From: a candidate division WOR-3 bacterium
GTDB lineage: Bacteria > Hydrothermota > Hydrothermia > LBFQ01 > DSFT01
Direction: 5' to 3'
Length of the DNA: 64,000 nucleotides
Assembly (NCBI GenBank): GCA_025060695.1
Contig: JANXBH010000002.1
Location: 82,996 to 146,995, forward strand
Shown here: positions 59,410-64,000 of the stretch, in pieces
Position numbering within the stretch: the stretch's first letter is position 1
How the letters are laid out: every line of letters begins with the position of its first letter
Position numbers and translations under genes: made by a program
The notes under the pieces: generated by a model
Told to the model about the DNA's origin: nothing
What the model saw: the letters and a program-made list of their open reading frames with translations, nothing else
Databases searched by the model: none

Positions 59410-59907
59410 CTAAATAATAACTATTTTTCCTTCAGTACCTACAATAATTCCGGCTTTATTTTCTAAATAAAGTTTTCCAGCTAAAAGGCAAATTATAGCA
59501 TCTTTCTCATCCTTGATTAAATTTTGTTTCTCTAAACTATAACCAAGACCATTTATAAATTCAAAAAAATGCCCATTAAAAGCAGATGGAAATGTTTCAA
59601 AAACCAAAATACCATGCATTTCTAAAATATTCTTAATGCTAATTCCTCTCAGTGCAAGTTCTTTCATATGTTTAAAAGTTATAGGCAGAACATTTATTCT
59701 CCTTTTCTTTAAGTAAATATCAATATCCCTAAAGTGTTTGTTTTTTCTTGGAAGTGAAAGAGGAGCATCTATTAGGACTATACTAAAGTTTTTCGAAAAA
59801 TTAATAATTTCTTCATCATGAAACAGAGATTTCAACCTTATTGTCTTGTTATCAAAGTATGCTAAATAAGAGTATCTCTTTACCGAAAGGTCTATACCAA
59901 GCACCAC
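59410..59907 (-). CDS. hypothetical protein (RNase-H-like fold, DUF429-like)
   Basis: N-terminal 'VLGIDLS'; weak call. Confidence 0.3.
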   Translation of the reverse strand: MVLGIDLSVKRYSYLAYFDNKTIRLKSLFHDEEIINFSKNFSIVLIDAPLSLPRKNKHFRDIDIYLKKRRINVLPITFKHMKELALRGISIKNILEMHGILVFETFPSAFNGHFFEFINGLGYSLEKQNLIKDEKDAIICLLAGKLYLENKAGIIVGTEGKIVII

Positions 59908-60088
59908 TTTTAAATTTTAAATTACTAAGGAAAAATTTAACCTTCCTATTGAGTTTAAAGTGATTTTTAAAGTTTTTGATGAAGATTTGGAAATTGCTTT
60001 TTAAAAATTAATAATTAGTCTAAAGACCTTCCAAGGGCGAAAATTTGTAGCGAGTAAAAAAGAGTTAGAAAACTTAAAAAATTGTATA

Positions 60089-60100
60089 ACTTTAAAATTT
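60089..60100 (+). promoter_or_regulatory. CTTTAAAATTTT element 3-4 nt upstream of the dnaX GTG
   Basis: exact 12-mer. Confidence 0.5.
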
Positions 60101-60104
60101 TAAT

Positions 60105-61493
60105 GTGAGTTTAGCTGTAAAGTATAGACCTAAAACATTTGATGAACATATTGGACAAGAGCACATTGTAAAAGCTTTAAGAAAAGCACTTAAAGAAGGA
60201 AAAATTTCTCAGGCATATCTATTTGCAGGTCCAAAAGGAGTCGGAAAAACTACAACTGCAAGAATATTGTCTAAAGCACTTAATTGCGAAAGTTCGAGCA
60301 AAATAACAGATAATCCTTGCGGAATATGTAAATCCTGTATAGACATAGAAAATTCAAGACATGTAGATGTTATAGAAATAGATGGTGCAAGTAATAGAGG
60401 TATAGATGAAGTAAGGAATATTAGAGAAAACATAAAGAACCTGCCAATAAGAGGAAGATATAAAGTATACATAGTAGACGAAGTGCACATGCTAACAATA
60501 GAAGCCTTCAATGCACTATTAAAAACACTTGAAGAACCACCAAAACATGTAGTATTTATATTCGCTACAACTGACCCACAAAAAATACCTCCAACTGTCC
60601 TATCAAGACTCCAAAGATACGACTTTAGACCAATTCCCATATTTGAAATTATTCAAAGATTAAATTACATAGTAAAGAAGGAAAATATAGATATTGAAGA
60701 TAGAGCAATTGAGGAAATTGCAAGAAGGAGTGATAGTAGTCTAAGAGATGCTATATCTATACTTGAACAGATGACTATGTTTATTGATGGAAAGATTACT
60801 CATAAGGATGTTATTAATATTTTAGGTTCAGTAGAATCAGAACTAATGGAAGACTTACTAAGTAGTATTCTTTCAGGAAATGTAAATAGAGCAATAGATA
60901 TAACGAATGAAATTTTACAAAAGAACCTGTCTATATTAGATTTTATTAGGGAGTTTAATACTTTTCTATTTGAAAAGTTCAAGGAAATTATCAATAATCC
61001 TTCTAAAGACTATACAAAGGAAGACCTAATGCAACTTCTAAATACCGCACTTGAAATGGAAAAAGTAGTAAAATACTCTATAACACCAAAAATATGGTTA
61101 GTGTTTTTTATATCTAAAATGTGCTATATACCAAGAACTGTTCAGCTATTACAAATACTTCAAGATTATAATTTAGTGTATAGGAAAACTAAAAGGGAAG
61201 AAGAAAAGAAAAAAGAAACCATTAAAGATAAGCTATATAACCATGTTATAAATCATAAGAAATCTCAAATTGATATATTTCTTACCGCTCAAATAGAAGA
61301 AGAAAAAGAAAGTATTATTTTTACGTTTAGTGATGCCAATTCATATAGTGAAGCAAAATTGAAATTAGATGAAATAAGAAAGGAACTAAGCGCTTTGGGA
61401 TATAACTATAAAAATGTTGAAATTAAACTAAAAGAAGAAAATCCAAAGAAAGTAAAACTTATAAATGAGCTTTCTCTAAGGAGGATATCATAG
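60105..61493 (+). CDS. dnaX: DNA polymerase III subunit gamma/tau
   Basis: 'YRPKTF', 'GPKGVGKTT', Zn module 'CGICKSC', 'VYIVDEVHML' and 'SRLQRYDF'; GTG start. Confidence 0.9.
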   Translation: MSLAVKYRPKTFDEHIGQEHIVKALRKALKEGKISQAYLFAGPKGVGKTTTARILSKALNCESSSKITDNPCGICKSCIDIENSRHVDVIEIDGASNRGIDEVRNIRENIKNLPIRGRYKVYIVDEVHMLTIEAFNALLKTLEEPPKHVVFIFATTDPQKIPPTVLSRLQRYDFRPIPIFEIIQRLNYIVKKENIDIEDRAIEEIARRSDSSLRDAISILEQMTMFIDGKITHKDVINILGSVESELMEDLLSSILSGNVNRAIDITNEILQKNLSILDFIREFNTFLFEKFKEIINNPSKDYTKEDLMQLLNTALEMEKVVKYSITPKIWLVFFISKMCYIPRTVQLLQILQDYNLVYRKTKREEEKKKETIKDKLYNHVINHKKSQIDIFLTAQIEEEKESIIFTFSDANSYSEAKLKLDEIRKELSALGYNYKNVEIKLKEENPKKVKLINELSLRRIS

Positions 61494-62104
61494 AGAGTAT
61501 TATAAAAGATTGGCAAGAAAATAACTATAAAATCATAGGAAATATAAGGAAAGTAATAAAAGATGAGAAAATAATTAATGCCTTTGAAAAAATTCCAAGA
61601 AATCTTTTTGTTGAAAATGAACCATTTGAAGATAAGGCGGTTCACCTGAAATTAAATCAAACATCTTCTCAGCCAAGCTTAATAGCAAAGATGCTTGAAC
61701 TACTTGAAATTAAACCTACAGATACTATCCTTGAAATTGGTACAGGAAGCGGTTATTTAACAGCTATTTTATGTGAAATTTCTCATTTTGTTTATTCTAT
61801 TGATATATTTAGTGAGTTCATAGAAGAAACGGACAAAAAGTTAAAACTATTAGGTTATAAGAACTATAAACTACTTGTAAGAGACGGAAATTATGGTTTA
61901 GCAGAATTTTCACCGTATGAAAAAATAATAGCTTCCGCATATTTTGAAAGTATTCCGACGGCATTGTTAGAGCAGTTAACTATTGATGGTATATTAGTTT
62001 TACCTGTTGGTAATAAACAATTGCAATATATTTACAAGGTTATAAAAAAAGAAGCTGTTTTATTTGTACCTATTGTTCCTTTTGATAAACAAGGTCAAAA
62101 CTAA
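61490..62104 (+). CDS. pcm: protein-L-isoaspartate O-methyltransferase; no canonical start for the conserved N-terminal about 65 codons (candidate ATA/ATT start after AGGAGG)
   Basis: Between 61496 and 61690 the frame reads '...IPRNLFVENEPFEDKAVHLKLNQTSSQPSLIAKMLELL...EIGTGSGY', continuous into the ORF-track ATG at 61691. The frame opens at 61469 with no ATG, GTG or TTG. Confidence 0.6.
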   Translation: MESIIKDWQENNYKIIGNIRKVIKDEKIINAFEKIPRNLFVENEPFEDKAVHLKLNQTSSQPSLIAKMLELLEIKPTDTILEIGTGSGYLTAILCEISHFVYSIDIFSEFIEETDKKLKLLGYKNYKLLVRDGNYGLAEFSPYEKIIASAYFESIPTALLEQLTIDGILVLPVGNKQLQYIYKVIKKEAVLFVPIVPFDKQGQN

Positions 62105-62555
62105 TATTTACAGTATCAGAAACCTCTATAAATCCAAACTTTGGACGAGTTATTTGAAAGTCCGAAAGTAAAATCTTAAACTCACCACTAACAAATGTGA
62201 AGTTATTTTCAAATTTCATATTTATTGGGACAGATATATATCTTTCTATACCTGAGATTTTCAATTTTCCAAAAATTGCATTTTTTACTAAACTATCTGG
62301 GAAAAATTCAATATACTCATATTTATCCGCTTTTATTGACCTATACATTTGAGCATCCCTAATACCATTTCCTGTTTTTAATGACTTTGAAACCACTCTT
62401 ACATAACCTGAAATATAAATACTATCGTATTGAATTTTTGAATCTATACTATTTGCTATACCGTTTACTTGATGAAGTGTAGCATTAAGAAAAAATGAAA
62501 TTTTTGATTTTGCATTAAGAAGAGTATAGGTTTGACTAATAAAAAAAATTAGCAT
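62070..62555 (-). CDS. YceI-like domain protein
   Basis: signal peptide plus beta-barrel lipid-binding-like pattern. Confidence 0.5.
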   Translation of the reverse strand: MLIFFISQTYTLLNAKSKISFFLNATLHQVNGIANSIDSKIQYDSIYISGYVRVVSKSLKTGNGIRDAQMYRSIKADKYEYIEFFPDSLVKNAIFGKLKISGIERYISVPINMKFENNFTFVSGEFKILLSDFQITRPKFGFIEVSDTVNISFDLVYQKEQ

Positions 62556-62921
62556 TTATTGTATATATAAATATCTTCCTGCTTGACCACCGGGATAATG
62601 ACAAGCTCTACAACCATTAGCATTACTCACTGATACATTCATCTGTAAGTATGAAGAACCATCTATTTTCTCAATCCTTGCCTGATAAGGAAAACATATA
62701 TTACCTACTATATTAAATCTTCCAAGTGTATCAGTTGTATCGGAAAATATATTGTCTTTAGCATCTATTACTTTTACAACTACATTCTTTGCCCTTTTAC
62801 TATAAGATGAGTCAATTGGGTCGGTCGACACAAAGTATTCAAAACTTACACTTTGACAATTGTCAGATGACTGTCTTGAGCAAGCAAGAAAAAATACAAA
62901 AAATAGAAAAATCCTATGCAT
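62556..62921 (-). CDS. small lipoprotein with a CxxCH haem-c binding motif
   Basis: lipobox 'FLAC'; 'NGCRACHYPGG'. Confidence 0.45.
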   Translation of the reverse strand: MHRIFLFFVFFLACSRQSSDNCQSVSFEYFVSTDPIDSSYSKRAKNVVVKVIDAKDNIFSDTTDTLGRFNIVGNICFPYQARIEKIDGSSYLQMNVSVSNANGCRACHYPGGQAGRYLYIQ

Positions 62922-62923
62922 AA

Positions 62924-62960
62924 TTTAAATTTTAAAGTTAGTTTTGGCTTTAAAATTTTT
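62924..62960. promoter_or_regulatory. inverted pair of elements serving the divergent cytochrome-c lipoprotein (minus) and lipoprotein 62966 (plus)
   Basis: TTTAAATTTTAAAG ... CTTTAAAATTTTT, each 5-8 nt from its ATG. Confidence 0.5.
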
Positions 62961-62965
62961 GGACC

Positions 62966-63349
62966 ATGTTTTATATACTTTTGATATTTATTTCTGGATG
63001 TGCAATTTTTAGCACACAAACAACTTATACTAATGAGAACGAAAAAGAGCTAACACCTGCAACTATAAGGAAAGAGATAAAAGTGGGTATGACATCCTCT
63101 GAAGTTGTCCAAGCTCTTGGCTCACCTAACATTCTTACATATGATAGCAAAGGTAGGGAAGTATGGGTTTATGATAGAATTTCTGCTGAGATAGAAACAA
63201 AAACTGATGCTCAATATGGAACAATATTAATCTTAGGCTTCTTTAGCGAAAGAAAAAGAGTAAAGCAAACTCAAAAGACACTAACACTAATTATTACTAT
63301 GAGTGATAATAAAGTAGAGAGTTTTAGCTATCATTACTCAAAGTTCTAA
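62966..63349 (+). CDS. hypothetical lipoprotein
   Basis: lipobox 'ISGC'. Confidence 0.35.
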   Translation: MFYILLIFISGCAIFSTQTTYTNENEKELTPATIRKEIKVGMTSSEVVQALGSPNILTYDSKGREVWVYDRISAEIETKTDAQYGTILILGFFSERKRVKQTQKTLTLIITMSDNKVESFSYHYSKF

Positions 63350-63352
63350 GCT

Positions 63353-63970
63353 ATGAGAAGGTTATTTAATATCTTTATTACACTGCTTTTTTTCAATGCG
63401 TGTGCAACAACCGAACAAAGACCAAGAACTCAGTTAGAAATAAGGGAATATCAAACAAGATACTTTCAAGTAAATGATAAGAAAACCATCTCAAAAGCTA
63501 TATTAAATGTTTTACTTGATGAAGGCTTCGTTATAAAAAATAGTGATTTAGAATTAGGAATTATAACAGCTGAAAGAGCTATGGATGCTAAAGAAAAAAT
63601 AGAAGAAGATTCAAAAACTAACTGGGCAGGAGTATTACTAATAGGAGCTTTAGTTATACTTACAGTTGGACTAATTCTACTACTTTCAAAAGATAAAGAC
63701 AAAGATGAAGATAGAAAGGATAGTGGCTCAGGTAGCACAAGTAGTCCATCAAACACAACATATGAAAAAAGTAAGATTTTGGAAACCACAGTAAGTTTTA
63801 GTGAATATTCAGATGGTTATAAAGTAAGAGCGGTATTTCAATATAAAGTTTATGACAATGAAGGTAAGTTAGTTCGTGTTAAGAACTTAGACGATGCAAA
63901 CTATTACCAAAATTTCTTTTCCAAGCTTGACAAAAGTATATTCTTGCAAAAGGAATTAGAAAATAAATAG
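63353..63970 (+). CDS. hypothetical lipoprotein with an internal TM segment
   Basis: lipobox 'FNAC', hydrophobic 'WAGVLLIGALVILTVGLILLL', then a DKDKDEDRKD low-complexity linker. Confidence 0.35.
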   Translation: MRRLFNIFITLLFFNACATTEQRPRTQLEIREYQTRYFQVNDKKTISKAILNVLLDEGFVIKNSDLELGIITAERAMDAKEKIEEDSKTNWAGVLLIGALVILTVGLILLLSKDKDKDEDRKDSGSGSTSSPSNTTYEKSKILETTVSFSEYSDGYKVRAVFQYKVYDNEGKLVRVKNLDDANYYQNFFSKLDKSIFLQKELENK

Positions 63971-64000
63971 TGCGGTGTGTATATTTAGTAAATGGTAAAA

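Noticed and set aside
59908-60104. Longest intergenic region (about 197 bp) upstream of dnaX; checked as a candidate SRP (4.5S/ffs) RNA, which often precedes dnaX
   Set aside because: No GC-rich helix and no conserved domain-IV elements (GGAAGCAGC-like tract, GNRA loop) on either strand. The region is explained by two copies of the promoter palindrome and AT-rich spacer
61195-61215. A-rich lysine tract 'GAAAAGAAAAAAGAAACC' in dnaX as a possible gamma/tau frameshift or transcriptional-slippage site
   Set aside because: The A-run is only 6 nt and not arranged as X-XXY-YYZ in frame. The 462-aa DnaX is already short (gamma-like in size, though Aquifex and Thermotoga tau are similarly short), and nothing indicates a second product

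Overview
This 64 kb window is gene-dense (about 70 CDSs with many overlapping or translationally coupled junctions) and very AT-rich; it comes from a diderm bacterium (BamA, SurA-like, LptB and KpsF are all present). I saw no rRNA, tRNA, CRISPR array, transposase or integrase. Most of the window is housekeeping: uvrD/pcrA, ligA, dnaX, proS, nadB, metK-equivalent, tal, deoA-like, mtnP, nfi, nth, hslO and prkA. One encoded protein carries a T9SS-type C-terminal sorting domain, which points to the FCB group or a related lineage; this is inference only.

The most notable observations are:
1. A B-family (ba3-type) haem-copper oxidase whose three subunits are scattered over 5 kb. Subunit IIa (cbaD) is an unannotated 36-codon ORF. 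An OMP gene and a USP/roadblock/membrane-protein cassette lie between the subunits.
2. A six-gene operon that looks like a cell-surface thiol-disulfide redox module. It has two paralogous thioredoxin-motif proteins (CGPC and CFPC), one of them with a T9SS-like CTD and the other a lipoprotein, followed by a TlpA-like protein, an OM barrel and a hypothetical.
3. A 12-16 bp palindromic element (C)TTTAAAATTTT(AAAG) that recurs in nearly every intergenic region at a fixed short distance upstream of start codons. I read it as a promoter (-10-like) element that implies many leaderless or short-leader mRNAs.
4. Unusual gene fusions and pseudoenzymes: a Cmk-RsgA fusion, and a protein in which both a shikimate-kinase-like half and a dehydroquinate-synthase-like half have lost their catalytic residues.
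5. An archaeal-type SAM synthetase in an operon with lemA.
6. A tandem-repeat (GND-x-Y) protein of about 11 copies.
7. pcm lacks a canonical start codon and overlaps the dnaX stop.
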